Source: a virus
Virus record (IMG/VR): IMGVR_UViG_3300049460_000134
Span: 32,001 to 96,000 of that record
Reading direction: 5' to 3' (one strand)
DNA: 64,000 nucleotides
Within the stretch, counting starts at the first letter, position 1. Every line of letters starts with the position of its first letter. Below, piece by piece: positions 10,226-20,807 of this stretch. The position numbers and the translations under genes were made by a program. Below the pieces are notes generated by a model, which was not told where the DNA came from, did no database searches, and worked only from the letters and a program-made list of their open reading frames with translations.

Positions 10226-11185
10226 ATGAACCGCTATCTGCTGATCGACGGCCCCAATATCACGCATGCCGCGAACAACACGAAAAAGCTGACTGTCGGC
10301 GACGTCCAGGTCCAGGCGGTCTATCAGTTTCTCCAAATTCTCCGGCGCATTCAGTCTGTTTACGCCTCCTACACGCCGATCGTTCTCTGGGACGGTGCTT
10401 CCTGGCGTCGCATGGCCTATCCTGAATACAAGGCTAATCGCGACAAGCCTGCCACCTCGCAGATTGAAATTCAGCAGAAGGAAGCTCGCGAGCAGGCACA
10501 GAAGCAGATGCCGGCAATCAAGAAGGCACTCGAGCTGCTTGGCGTTACGCAGATCAAGGCTGCGAACATGGAAGCAGACGACCTGGCCGCCATCGTTGGC
10601 GATCGCTACGCAGCCAAAGGCGCGAAGATCGTTCTCGTCTCCGGCGATAAGGATTGGGTGCAGCTCGTCAACGACAACATCATCTGGTTCGATCCGATCG
10701 TCGATCGCAAGATCCGCAAGTGGGAAGATATCAACGAGGCGCTCGGCTACGATCTCAAGGGCTTTCAGCAGTTCCTCGAAATGAAGTGCCTGTTTGGCGA
10801 CTCCGGCGACAACATTCCTGGCGTCGGTGGCGTTGGCGAGAAAGGCGCGATCGACTTCCTCAATCAGTATGGCTCGCTCGCGAACTTTTCCAACATGTGC
10901 ATCGACGGCTCGCTCGATCTGAAGAAGGTGCCGAAAAAGTATCGCAACCTTGTCGAAGACGAGGACCGGCGCATCAAGTTCGCTTTCAACATGAAGCTGA
11001 TGGACCTGCGCACGACGCAGCGCCCTGATCCGCTGAACCTCGCGGTCAACAAGGGCACGCCTGACATTCAGCGGTTCGAGAACTTCTGCAACCGCTTCCT
11101 CTTCAAGTCGATCACCAAGAACCTAACGGTCTGGGCGAGCGTCTTTCCAGCCCTCCATGAACTGCAACAGGAGCTAGCAGCATGA
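10226..11185 (+). CDS. 5'-3' exonuclease / flap endonuclease (T4 RNase H-like)
   Basis: LLIDG, YPEYKANR, EADD, SGDKD, GDSGDNIPGVGGVGEK. Confidence 0.93.
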   Translation: MNRYLLIDGPNITHAANNTKKLTVGDVQVQAVYQFLQILRRIQSVYASYTPIVLWDGASWRRMAYPEYKANRDKPATSQIEIQQKEAREQAQKQMPAIKKALELLGVTQIKAANMEADDLAAIVGDRYAAKGAKIVLVSGDKDWVQLVNDNIIWFDPIVDRKIRKWEDINEALGYDLKGFQQFLEMKCLFGDSGDNIPGVGGVGEKGAIDFLNQYGSLANFSNMCIDGSLDLKKVPKKYRNLVEDEDRRIKFAFNMKLMDLRTTQRPDPLNLAVNKGTPDIQRFENFCNRFLFKSITKNLTVWASVFPALHELQQELAA

Positions 11186-11382
11186 TTACCCTCTCAATCC
11201 TATCGGTCGCACTGTTTGCGTGCGGCTGGTGCCTCGCAGTCGCTGTCATGCACGAAATGACAGAGCACCGCGGATATCCGGTCTACCTCGCCTCTCTGCT
11301 CTGGCCGTTTGTCGTCCTCTTCGTTCTTCTCCAGGCGATCTACGACTGGCTCAAGCACCTTTACGCCAGGAGATACGCATGA
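11182..11382 (+). CDS. Small membrane protein
   Basis: Two hydrophobic stretches; start overlaps the upstream stop. Confidence 0.5.
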   Translation: MITLSILSVALFACGWCLAVAVMHEMTEHRGYPVYLASLLWPFVVLFVLLQAIYDWLKHLYARRYA

Positions 11383-11942
11383 GCGTCCAGAAGCTCGAAG
11401 AAGCGGTCTCGAAGGTCGCCGGTTCAGTCCAGGCACTGACGAAGTCCTTCGAGAAGATCGCCGCCGATGTCACTGAAGAAGATATGGAAAAGGCGTTCCA
11501 CTATCTCTACGGCATGTTCATCGCAGCGAAGGAACGCGCAGCACTCGATCACCGGATCGCGCAGGGCGTTTCACCGAAGTTCTCGCTGGCAGATATCAAG
11601 CTGCCGCCGAAGACAGTGATGATCCCGGCAGGCACCATTCAGCTCACGCCATCAGCCGCTCCGGCGCATCCCGTTCAGCAGGTTGTGGTCGCGGCGCCAA
11701 CCGAGACAGCCATTCCGGCGGAAGCAGTTGGCGCCGGTGGTGAAATCGATCTGAGCAAGGTCGATGGCAAGCAAGCAGCAAAGCTAATTGGCGGCCGCCT
11801 GACGCGTTCCGCCAAGGAAGCACTCCCCAGAACTCCTCGCGTGCGCAAATTCCAGTCAGTCAAAACTGACTTACACGACGAGGACGACGACGCTTCCGCC
11901 GATGACGAAAGCGAAGTCGATTTCATTGACGACAACGAGTAG
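11379..11942 (+). CDS. Hypothetical protein
   Basis: SD plus ATG, typical codon bias. Confidence 0.55.
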   Translation: MSVQKLEEAVSKVAGSVQALTKSFEKIAADVTEEDMEKAFHYLYGMFIAAKERAALDHRIAQGVSPKFSLADIKLPPKTVMIPAGTIQLTPSAAPAHPVQQVVVAAPTETAIPAEAVGAGGEIDLSKVDGKQAAKLIGGRLTRSAKEALPRTPRVRKFQSVKTDLHDEDDDASADDESEVDFIDDNE

Positions 11943-11952
11943 GAGACAAGAA

Positions 11953-13053
11953 ATGGCATCTGCAGACGATATCGCATCCGTTCTGGCAAGCGTCGTAGGC
12001 GAAAGCGACGAGCAATCGACGGTCACGCAGTATCTCGACACCGGCTTCCCGCCGCTCAATCATGCGCTCAGCCATCGCTGGGATGGCGGTCTGCCGGTCA
12101 AGCGCATCGTTGAAATCTACGGTCCTGAATCTTCCGGCAAGACCGCGCTCGCAACCTGCGCAATGGCTGATGCTCAGCGCCAGGGCGGCTTTGCCGGCTT
12201 CTCCGACCACGAGCGCTCCTTCGACCAGCCGCAGGGTGTCAACCTCGGCCTCTCGACCGATCCGAACAAGTGGCTCTACAAGAAGCCGAAGACGTTCGAA
12301 GAGTCGCTGGCTCTCTGCGTCAAGGTTGCAACCGCTCTGCGCGTCGGCAAGCTGATCGCTCCGGAAGCGCCGATCGCTTGGGTGTTCGACTCCCTCGCCT
12401 TCATGGTGCCGAACTCCGCACTCTACGAAATGAAGGCAGGCAAGGTCGTCAAGGAAAAGGATCCGAACGATCGTTCCATGCACGACAACACAGCTCTGGC
12501 TCGTGCAACGTCGGCTCACTTCCCGGCATTTGCTCAGCACGTCGAGGATCTCGGCATCTGCGCGATCTTCCTCAACCAGATCCGCATGAACATCGGCGTC
12601 GTCTACGGCAACCCTGAAACGACACCTGGCGGCAAGACGCCGAAATACGTGTTCTCGCAGCGTATTTCGCTCGGCTCTTCCAAGATCACCAAGGGCGACG
12701 GCGAGAATGCTGTGGTGCTCGGCGCACAGATCAAGGCCAAGGTCGTGAAGAACAAGGTCTCGCGTCCGTTCGAAACCGCCAAGTGGCGCTTCGAATTCCA
12801 GGACAACGGCCAGGGTCACTTTGCCATTGCTCGCTCGTTGATCGAGTTCCTCATCGGCGAGAAGATCCTCAAGCAGACCGGCGCCTACGTCCAGTGGACC
12901 GACGGCAAGAAGTATTTCGCAACCGCCCTTGCGAAGAAGGTCGAGGATGAAGGCCTCCTGGATGAGCTCAAGGCTCTGCTGCCGGCGGCTGAAGAATACG
13001 AGGCACCGGTCGAAGCTGGCAATGACGCCGAAGAGCAGGCTGAAGCCGCATAA
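11953..13053 (+). CDS. recA: RecA/UvsX recombinase
   Basis: EIYGPESSGKT, VFDSLA, FLNQIR, TTPGG, VVKNKV. Confidence 0.93.
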   Translation: MASADDIASVLASVVGESDEQSTVTQYLDTGFPPLNHALSHRWDGGLPVKRIVEIYGPESSGKTALATCAMADAQRQGGFAGFSDHERSFDQPQGVNLGLSTDPNKWLYKKPKTFEESLALCVKVATALRVGKLIAPEAPIAWVFDSLAFMVPNSALYEMKAGKVVKEKDPNDRSMHDNTALARATSAHFPAFAQHVEDLGICAIFLNQIRMNIGVVYGNPETTPGGKTPKYVFSQRISLGSSKITKGDGENAVVLGAQIKAKVVKNKVSRPFETAKWRFEFQDNGQGHFAIARSLIEFLIGEKILKQTGAYVQWTDGKKYFATALAKKVEDEGLLDELKALLPAAEEYEAPVEAGNDAEEQAEAA

Positions 13054-13137
13054 GGAAAAATAGCGTCCTGCGATTCACTTCCGCTGATTTCACGCTATTA
13101 GTCTGTAACGAATTAGCGATTTAGCGGGGTGATTTGC

Positions 13138-13650
13138 ATGAAGGTTATTTCAATCTGGCAGCCCTGGGCGACACTGATCGTCCGGGGCTTCAAAATCTTT
13201 GAAACACGCACTTGGGCGCCGCCTCGTTCGGTGATCGGTCAGCGTATCGGGATTGCTGCGACGAAGAACCTTTTGCCGCAGCAGATGGCAGCATACAAAG
13301 ATCCGGATTTCCAGTTCATGTATCAGACGCTGGATCTGCCGCCGATCGAAGAGCTGCCGCGTGGTTATCTGCTCGGCACGGCTGAGCTGAACTCCTACGA
13401 AGTCATCACGGATGAGTTCCTGGAGGAGATCACGCTCGAAGAGAAAGCCTACGGTTGGTATAAGCCTGGCGGGTTTGCCTGGCGCATGATGAAGCCGGAA
13501 CTTCTCGACCATCCGATCCCGATCAAGGGCGCTCAAGGCCTTTATGAATGGAAGGGCTTCGAGAATGGCACGCAAACCGAAGGTCAGGTCAACGATCGTC
13601 CGCAAGGGTCGGCGGATCTACGGCCACATCTTTCACTTTGCCAATCGTGA
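13138..13650 (+). CDS. ASCH domain protein
   Basis: SIWQPWATLIVRGFKIFETRTW and PIPIKGAQGL. Confidence 0.85.
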   Translation: MKVISIWQPWATLIVRGFKIFETRTWAPPRSVIGQRIGIAATKNLLPQQMAAYKDPDFQFMYQTLDLPPIEELPRGYLLGTAELNSYEVITDEFLEEITLEEKAYGWYKPGGFAWRMMKPELLDHPIPIKGAQGLYEWKGFENGTQTEGQVNDRPQGSADLRPHLSLCQS

Positions 13651-13963
13651 CGTCTACCTCGCCAGTCGGAAGCTCGATCAGATCTTCCGGTCTGGTGAGA
13701 AGACCAATTCTGACGCCGTGCGCAACGACGTCGCTTGCTGGGCGATCGATGAGGAGACGCTCGGTGAAATGCGCCTGATGGGTATTCGATACGTCGGCGT
13801 GCGCGTGCGGCAGAACAACGACATTTACGTCACCTGCATCGACAATTTCTTCAACCGCAAACTCTCGAAATTCCTTGATTATGGCAGACGTGGTGGTGCA
13901 CAACAGCGCTACCTTCCCCTGCAGCATTTCAAATACTTGCCGGGTAAAGTTAAGATTAGATAG
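13565..13963 (+). CDS. Hypothetical basic protein
   Basis: ORF with start overlapping the ASCH gene. Confidence 0.5.
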   Translation: MARKPKVRSTIVRKGRRIYGHIFHFANRDVYLASRKLDQIFRSGEKTNSDAVRNDVACWAIDEETLGEMRLMGIRYVGVRVRQNNDIYVTCIDNFFNRKLSKFLDYGRRGGAQQRYLPLQHFKYLPGKVKIR

Positions 13964-13972
13964 GAGCAAACT

Positions 13973-14383
13973 TTGAAGCATTTCACTATCCACGTTCCAA
14001 AAGGCACGGATCTTCAGGACCGCCACGGCAATCGGGTGCAATCGGAAGGCGTTAACGTCAGTCTGGCCGCGCCAACGGTTGAAGCCGCACTGCTGCTCGG
14101 CTCTGTGATCTACGCGACCAGGATCGACGAAGATCCAATCACCACCTTCATCACTTCCCCTGCGACCAAGGGAAGCGAAATCCTTTCGGAGCTGATTGAG
14201 CGCGCCTCCGATATCTCCGGCACGATCGCAATTGAAGGCGGTGTGATTGTCGACAACTCTGAAAGCCTCGAGCTGTTTATTAGCGCATCCGAAAATGGCA
14301 AGAAGCGTTGGCTGCGGATGAGCGGCAACGGTTCGAATATGTCACCTTGGGATGTGGTCGAAGGGCTTCAGAAGATCTTCTGA
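13973..14383 (+). CDS. Hypothetical protein
   Basis: AGGAG SD plus TTG start. Confidence 0.5.
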   Translation: MKHFTIHVPKGTDLQDRHGNRVQSEGVNVSLAAPTVEAALLLGSVIYATRIDEDPITTFITSPATKGSEILSELIERASDISGTIAIEGGVIVDNSESLELFISASENGKKRWLRMSGNGSNMSPWDVVEGLQKIF

Positions 14384-14472
14384 GAATCCAATGCGAAGCG
14401 ACTTGCATCCCAAGTCGCTTTTCGTATAACTGCATTAGTAAGTAAAAATTGACTGACGAACAAGGAGCAGCA

Positions 14473-15570
14473 GTGAGCTACGTCATCCTCTCAGATATCC
14501 ACGCTCATAAGTGGACAATGTTCTCCAAGCCGACGGCCGAAGGCGTCAACGGGCGGCTGCAGATCATCATCGACGAGATCCTGCGCGCTGCAAAGCATGC
14601 CGTCTCGATCAAGGCATCGCATATCGTCATCGCTGGCGACATTCTGCACGTTCGCGGCTCGATCGACCCTGAAGTTCTCAATCCGCTCGAAGAGACTTTC
14701 GAGCAGGTGCTGGAAATGGGGCTCGATATCGCTGCGATCCCAGGCAATCACGACCTGGCCGGCAAGGAAACGACGAAGCTCGGCAATGCCATTCGCACCT
14801 TCGGCAAGCTCTCGAAGAAGGGCAAGTGCTTCATTGTCGATGAAAAGCCGACGATCCGCTGGATGGGCGATCACCTCATCGCAATGTTCCCCTTCCGCGC
14901 TTCCTACACCGATCTGCTCGCGGACATGCAAGTCATCGCTGACGAGCTCGGCGAGCGCGTGAAGGAAACGGACGCATTCATCCACTCTGGTATCGACGGC
15001 GTGTTGCCTGCCATGCCGGATCACGGTCTGACGGCGCAGATGCTTCAGACGTTCGGCTTCAGGAACGTCTTTGCCGGCGACTATCACAATTACAAGGATC
15101 TCGGCGGCGGCATCTATTCAATCGGCGCACTCACGCATCAGACCTGGGGTGATGTCGGTTCACGCGCTGGCTTCCTGGTGGTCGAGGATGACGGCACCAT
15201 CAAGCATATGGCAACGCACGCGCCGCGCTTCGTCGATGTCACCGGCATGACTGACGAGGAAGAAATGCTGTCGGCGGTCGCCGGCAACTATGTCCGCTTC
15301 TCCGCAAAGGACATGACGACGACTGAGATTGCAGAGATCCGCAAGTTCTTCGAAGGCGCCAATGCTGCCGGCGTGTCGATCATCGCCACTAAATCAGTTG
15401 TCACCGCTCGGAGACCCGGAGCCGCAAAGGCTGGTGCCTCGCTCGATGACTCGGTCACGGCGTTCGTCGACAACGACACCAATCTGCCGACCTTCATCGA
15501 TCGAGCCAGGCTGAAGTCCGCATGCGCTGACGTGCTCGCAAAAGCCAGATCGGTGCACGAAGAAGCCTAA
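14473..15570 (+). CDS. SbcD/Mre11-like metallophosphoesterase nuclease subunit
   Basis: SDIH, AGD, PGNHD and GDYH motifs. Confidence 0.88.
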   Translation: MSYVILSDIHAHKWTMFSKPTAEGVNGRLQIIIDEILRAAKHAVSIKASHIVIAGDILHVRGSIDPEVLNPLEETFEQVLEMGLDIAAIPGNHDLAGKETTKLGNAIRTFGKLSKKGKCFIVDEKPTIRWMGDHLIAMFPFRASYTDLLADMQVIADELGERVKETDAFIHSGIDGVLPAMPDHGLTAQMLQTFGFRNVFAGDYHNYKDLGGGIYSIGALTHQTWGDVGSRAGFLVVEDDGTIKHMATHAPRFVDVTGMTDEEEMLSAVAGNYVRFSAKDMTTTEIAEIRKFFEGANAAGVSIIATKSVVTARRPGAAKAGASLDDSVTAFVDNDTNLPTFIDRARLKSACADVLAKARSVHEEA

Positions 15571-15660
15571 TGACAAAGCACAGACTTACAATAACCGAAA
15601 GCTTCCCTGCGCGTGACGCGCTAGTGTGCGTTAACACGTTGAATTAACTAAGGAAAGAAC

Positions 15661-16779
15661 ATGCAGCTTTTCAGCATTGAGTATGACCAGTTGACGCTTG
15701 AGAGCCTTTTCGACGCCGATGGCAACTACGTCGAAACGGTCGAGTTGCGTCAGCGCCGACGCATTCACGATCTGCCGCTTCAGACGATGGCTATGTATCG
15801 CGAGAAGATGCAGGGGCTGAACTTCACGGTCGAGCGCCAGAGCGAAGTCTCGAATGAGCCGCTGAAGCGCGAGCGCCGCACTTATTCGCATAAAGGCGCT
15901 GCAAAGGCGCCTGTCAGCACGACGCCGGTCAAGTCGCGCCAGCAACAGATCAACGAAGCCGCTGCGTCCGGCAACATCGCTGCGGCAATTACAGCAGGAG
16001 CACGCTGATGGCGACTTGGTTTGGAGTTCGAGTTGGCGCGTTGAAGAACATTTACGCGCACCGGGACGCCGGTGTGATCATAAGTGGTGCTTGGGCTGAC
16101 CGTGAATGGGTTGATGCAAGCGCTGAAGACGCCAAAGCAGACACGTCATGGAAGCTGATCGGGCGCGTTAGGATCAAAGCTCTCAAGGAGAAGGCTCAAT
16201 GACAAAACTCGTCACTCTCGCCGAATGCCCACCTGGCGCGTTCATGTTCAACGGCCACATGGGCTTCAAGACCGAGTATCGCCTCGAAGGCGGCCGAACT
16301 GAAGCCTACTGCATGTCGAGCGGCGAATGTTTCATTGGTGGCGCTGAAAGCAGCGAGGCGCGCGAAGAGCTCCTTGTTTATCCGGTCAATGCTGAGGCGC
16401 TCTATCTGCACTGCGCCAAGTTCAAGACCGATCAGCGCATCGACTGCTCCGAGACGGTCTACCAGACAGATCGCGTGATCCAGAACGCCTACGAATTCAT
16501 CGATGGCGTCTGCGAGATCATCGGCTACCCCAAAGACGAAGACGAGGAGGGTGACGAGTAATGCGTATGTGGACCCGCAAGAGCGGCTCGCAGCGCCGTT
16601 CCAAAATTCAAGCCGTCGAGATCGCACCCAATTTTTGCGGTCAGAACGGCAGTCAGAACCTCGCAATCAAAACCGAAGACGGTTGGTTGGTCCTCGAGCC
16701 TGAGAGTGAGGCCGAGACGCGCCAGCTCATGAGCACCGCGGCCATCATCTTTCGTAACTACCGGGAGCCACGCATTTGA
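15661..16779 (+). CDS. Four coupled small hypothetical ORFs (15661-16008, 16008-16202, 16199-16561, 16561-16779)
   Basis: Overlapping stop/start junctions between the sbcD-like and sbcC-like genes. Confidence 0.5.
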
Positions 16780-18725
16780 AATTCAAGACCCTAACCATTG
16801 AGAACTTCCTCGCGATCGCTGAAGGCAAGGTCGAGCTCGCAGACCGCGGCCTGGTGCTCATTCAAGGCGTGAACAATGACGACACGTCCGCTGCATCGAA
16901 CGGCGCCGGCAAGTCATCGCTCGCCGACAGTCTGTGCTGGTGCCTCTACGGCGAGACAGCACGCGGTGTTTCCGGCGACGACGTCATCAACGACACCGCT
17001 GGCAAGAACACGCGTGTCGAGGTGGTCATCGAGGACGATGGCAACATCTACACGATCGCGCGCCACCGCAAGCACAAGCCGAACAAGAACGCGCTGACCG
17101 TCTTCCATCAGGGCGCAACGCTCGGCTCTGCGCCGAAGGATCTGACGAAAGGCACCGACAAGCTGACGCAAGTCGTTGTCGACAAGATCATCGGCGCATC
17201 CCTCGAGGTGTTCCGTTCTGCCGTCTACGCCGGTCAGGAACAAATGCCAGACCTTCCGGCGATGACAGATAAGAGCCTCAAGCTCCTGATCGAAGAGGCG
17301 TCCGGCGTCACACTGCTTGAATCGGCCTATACAGAAGCACGCGAGCGGCTTGGTGTCGTCACTGGCAACGTCGAGCGCGTCAAGCAGGAGACGGAGCGCC
17401 TGGAACACAGCGCCAAGCATCACCGCGACAACGTGGCTGAATTCGAGCGCATCCGCGACGAATGGGATACGGCTCAGAAGAAGCGCGCCGAAGACGAGAA
17501 GGATATCGCGCGCACGAAAGTCTCTGACGTCAAGGTGATCGACGCCGAGCTCGCCAGGGATCCGAACGCCGAAGCCGACTATGAGGCTGCGATCGCCGTG
17601 ATCGACAACAAAATCGACTCGGTCGATTATCAGAACACGGAGCTTGCCGAGCACGAGACGCTCGTCGCCCAGGCGTCAGCCAAGATGCTCGCGCTCGATC
17701 GGCAGGTGAAGCTCGCGGCTGATGCAACGCGCAAGCACAAGACGGCATATGAGCAGATCAATCACAAGATCGGCTGCCCCTGCGACGGCTGCGGCCGCGA
17801 AATCACCGCGGAAGAGATCTCCGCAGCATCTGATGCTGCCAAGCGCGACCTGACGACGAAAGCAACTGAATATCGCTCGCTCAAGTCTGAGCTGGAAGCA
17901 GCTCAAAAAGAGACAGAGAAGCGCTGTGACGAGCGGGACGCGTTCAAAGCGTCAATGACTGATCTAAGCACAGTCACGCGCGACAGAGCGCATCTACAAG
18001 CTAAGCTCGACGAGGTCCGTCGCAAGGTTCAGGCGCGAAACACGCTGGCTGATGCAGCGAGAACGCATGTGAACCGGTCGAAGGCGATCATGGCCGAGGA
18101 GAATCCGCACCTGGCGAACATCGAGCGGCATAGGAAGCTGCTCGAAAAAGCCGAGAAGGATCTCGCAGGGCTCAAATCGACAGCCGAACAGCTCGAAACG
18201 GATCACGCGCACGCATCTGCTGTCGCCAAGGTGTTCTCGCCGGCCGGTGTCAGAGCGCACATCCTCGACCAAGTGACGCCGTTCCTCAACGATCGCACGG
18301 CGCACTACCTGGCGACGCTGTCCGACGGCAACATCACGGCGACCTGGACGACACTTGTGTTGAACGCCAAGAGTGAGCTTCGCGAAAAGTTCTCCATCGA
18401 GGTTGTCAATGAGAAAGGCTCGCAGAAGTTCGCCGGCCTCTCAGGCGGTGAGAAGCGCAAGGTCCGCGTGGCGACAGCATTGGCGCTGCAAGACCTGGTC
18501 GCGACACGCGCCGCCAAGCCGATCGAACTCTTCATCGGCGACGAGATTGACCATGCGCTCGATGAGCCTGGTCTGGAACGCCTGACGACGATCCTCGAAG
18601 AGAAGGCGCAAGAGCGCGGCTCAGTGTTCGTCATCAGCCATAACTCGCTGTCCGATTGGATTCCTCAGATCATCGAGGTTGAGAAGAAGAACGGCCAAAC
18701 CACACTCAGAGAGGTTACAGCATGA
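16776..18725 (+). CDS. SbcC/Rad50-like SMC ATPase
   Basis: NGAGKSS Walker A, CxxC zinc hook (CDGC), LSGGE signature, IGDE, ISH. Confidence 0.92.
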   Translation: MKFKTLTIENFLAIAEGKVELADRGLVLIQGVNNDDTSAASNGAGKSSLADSLCWCLYGETARGVSGDDVINDTAGKNTRVEVVIEDDGNIYTIARHRKHKPNKNALTVFHQGATLGSAPKDLTKGTDKLTQVVVDKIIGASLEVFRSAVYAGQEQMPDLPAMTDKSLKLLIEEASGVTLLESAYTEARERLGVVTGNVERVKQETERLEHSAKHHRDNVAEFERIRDEWDTAQKKRAEDEKDIARTKVSDVKVIDAELARDPNAEADYEAAIAVIDNKIDSVDYQNTELAEHETLVAQASAKMLALDRQVKLAADATRKHKTAYEQINHKIGCPCDGCGREITAEEISAASDAAKRDLTTKATEYRSLKSELEAAQKETEKRCDERDAFKASMTDLSTVTRDRAHLQAKLDEVRRKVQARNTLADAARTHVNRSKAIMAEENPHLANIERHRKLLEKAEKDLAGLKSTAEQLETDHAHASAVAKVFSPAGVRAHILDQVTPFLNDRTAHYLATLSDGNITATWTTLVLNAKSELREKFSIEVVNEKGSQKFAGLSGGEKRKVRVATALALQDLVATRAAKPIELFIGDEIDHALDEPGLERLTTILEEKAQERGSVFVISHNSLSDWIPQIIEVEKKNGQTTLREVTA

Positions 18726-19171
18726 TTATTCTCGACTGCCCATTTTGCTCCAAGCCGCCGATCTTCACGTCCATGCGCGATGTGGAAGACGGCTTCGATC
18801 ATTGCTTCTCGCTCGTATGTTCAGAGTGCGGAATCGAAATGACCGACGAGTATAAGGATGACCTCCTTGCGCGCTGGAATAAGCGATCGATTCCGACGAA
18901 CGCCATGCCAAGCGAGGAAGTTCTGAACGCCGGCTATGACGCGGCGCGCGATCAGAATGGTCTCCCGCCGGAAGGTCTGGTTCTCGGTCATGTCGGCAAG
19001 ATTTTCGTGGCGATGATCAATGCCGAAGTCGAAGAGCAGGTGAGCAAGCCGTCGATCCCATGCGAGCCTGATCCGGTCGGCATCTTCCATGCTTACGATC
19101 AGCCGATCGAGTATCTGCATAGCCACGATCTTCATGCAGGCGACCAGCTTTTTGTGAGGAAGGTAGCGTGA
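18722..19171 (+). CDS. Lar-like zinc-finger protein (restriction alleviation family N-terminus)
   Basis: CPFC...CSECG...ARWNKR pattern. Confidence 0.5.
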   Translation: MIILDCPFCSKPPIFTSMRDVEDGFDHCFSLVCSECGIEMTDEYKDDLLARWNKRSIPTNAMPSEEVLNAGYDAARDQNGLPPEGLVLGHVGKIFVAMINAEVEEQVSKPSIPCEPDPVGIFHAYDQPIEYLHSHDLHAGDQLFVRKVA

Positions 19172-19661
19172 CCGACATCGTCTACCACCTGGCACAGCTC
19201 CGGCACGCCTATGCAAAGCTGAAGGCCGGCGAGGTCATTCGCCAGGCTCAATTTGCCGATGGGCTGATCGCACCTGCGATCCGAGCCCTCGAGGAACTGG
19301 TCGATCAGCGCCACGATCATCGAGGCATGGAGCGCTGGGCTGAATACGATCCGAAGCCCTCGTTCCTTTCACGCGTTCTGAGGAGGAAGATATGAGCGGC
19401 CTAGAGGTCGTAGGAGCAGCCGCGATCTACATCGTGGCCGTCATCGTCGCTGGCTACATCGGCGCAGGCCTCACCGCGTTCCTCACTCGCAAGAGCGGCT
19501 TGGAAGGGCTCGCGCTGATCGTTGTCGTCCCGATGGCAATCTGGATCGTCGGCGCCATCGTCGGTCTCATCCTCCTGGGAGCGGCAATCGCGTGAAAAAT
19601 TCACGCAGCCCACGAATTCACTGACTATTATTGTCAGTAAACATTGACTGAAGGTTTGGAA

Positions 19662-20141
19662 ATGGCAAGAAAAACCCTTGATGAAGCCGAAAAGGCAAGG
19701 CTTCAGCGTATTGCCGACCGCATTTTCGAGAAGGTGAAGGCACTCGACGGCATCTATTACGTCGAAGGCATGCATCAGCTTCCGGTTCTGCGGCACGACA
19801 GTGAATACCGCCAGGCGCCGATCGATAGCTCGATCGAGTTCCTGCTCTCCTCCGTCCGCGTTGGCGGCCGCGGACAAATCATCTTCTGCTTCGAGCCGGC
19901 TGATAACCGTGAATTCAAGCATATTGAGGTCGAACAGCGGAAGATGGACGACGTCTTCCCTCTTTTCGGTCCCGCCTATGCTGAAGCAATCGGCTCCGAG
20001 CAAGAGAACTTCGAGGCTCTGATCAACGAGACGTCCGAGGCGCTCGAGCTTGAGGACGAAGCCGCCGAGATCCGCAAGGCTCAAGAAGCTGAAGAGGCTC
20101 TCGAAAACAATCGCAAACTCCAAAACTACGGGAGATTCTAA
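19662..20141 (+). CDS. Hypothetical protein with C-terminal NYGRF tag
   Basis: ORF ends KLQNYGRF*. Confidence 0.6.
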   Translation: MARKTLDEAEKARLQRIADRIFEKVKALDGIYYVEGMHQLPVLRHDSEYRQAPIDSSIEFLLSSVRVGGRGQIIFCFEPADNREFKHIEVEQRKMDDVFPLFGPAYAEAIGSEQENFEALINETSEALELEDEAAEIRKAQEAEEALENNRKLQNYGRF

Positions 20142-20734
20142 TGGCAAAGATCCGCATTGGCGGTCTCGATGGTTCGCTGCGCAACTTCGGCATAGCGAAG
20201 CTGGACTATGAAACGGACACCGGCGAGCTCGAGCTGGTTGGTCTGAAACTGATCGAGACGGAAAAGACGAAGGCAAAGCAGGTGCGCGCCTCGTCCGATA
20301 CCTATGAGCGCGCCAGGACGCTCGCGACCGAGGCAGACGCCTACCTCGAGGACTGCGATATCATCTTCGCCGAAATCCCGTTCGGCGGTAAATCCTATGA
20401 CGCCGTGCTTGGCTTCGGGATTGTGATTGGCGTCTATGGCGCGCTCTCGCTGAAGACCCCGCTGATCGAGGTCGCTCCGGCTGAGACGAAGAAGGCAGCC
20501 GTCGGCACGCGCACTGCGTCGAAGGAAGAAATGATTGCCTGGGCATTTGAGAAGTTCCCGGATGGTCCGTGGCTGCGACACGCCAAGAACGGCAAGGGCT
20601 ACAGCAAGGGCGATCCGACCAACGCAAACGAACACCTGGCAGACGGCTGCGGCGTTGCCTTTGCAGGTATCAAGACGCCGGCGTTCCGCCAGGCTGCCGC
20701 AATGCTCGCGACTTCGCTCAAGAAGGCAGCATAA
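20141..20734 (+). CDS. RuvC-like Holliday junction resolvase
   Basis: GLDGSLRNFG, AEIP, KKAAVG...ASKEEM, EHLADG. Confidence 0.8.
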   Translation: MAKIRIGGLDGSLRNFGIAKLDYETDTGELELVGLKLIETEKTKAKQVRASSDTYERARTLATEADAYLEDCDIIFAEIPFGGKSYDAVLGFGIVIGVYGALSLKTPLIEVAPAETKKAAVGTRTASKEEMIAWAFEKFPDGPWLRHAKNGKGYSKGDPTNANEHLADGCGVAFAGIKTPAFRQAAAMLATSLKKAA

Positions 20735-20807
20735 TCGTAAAATCAAGCCTGTTTAGTCAGTAAAAACTGACTTACAATGAGCACACCTTTCACTGCAGGA
20801 GCACCGA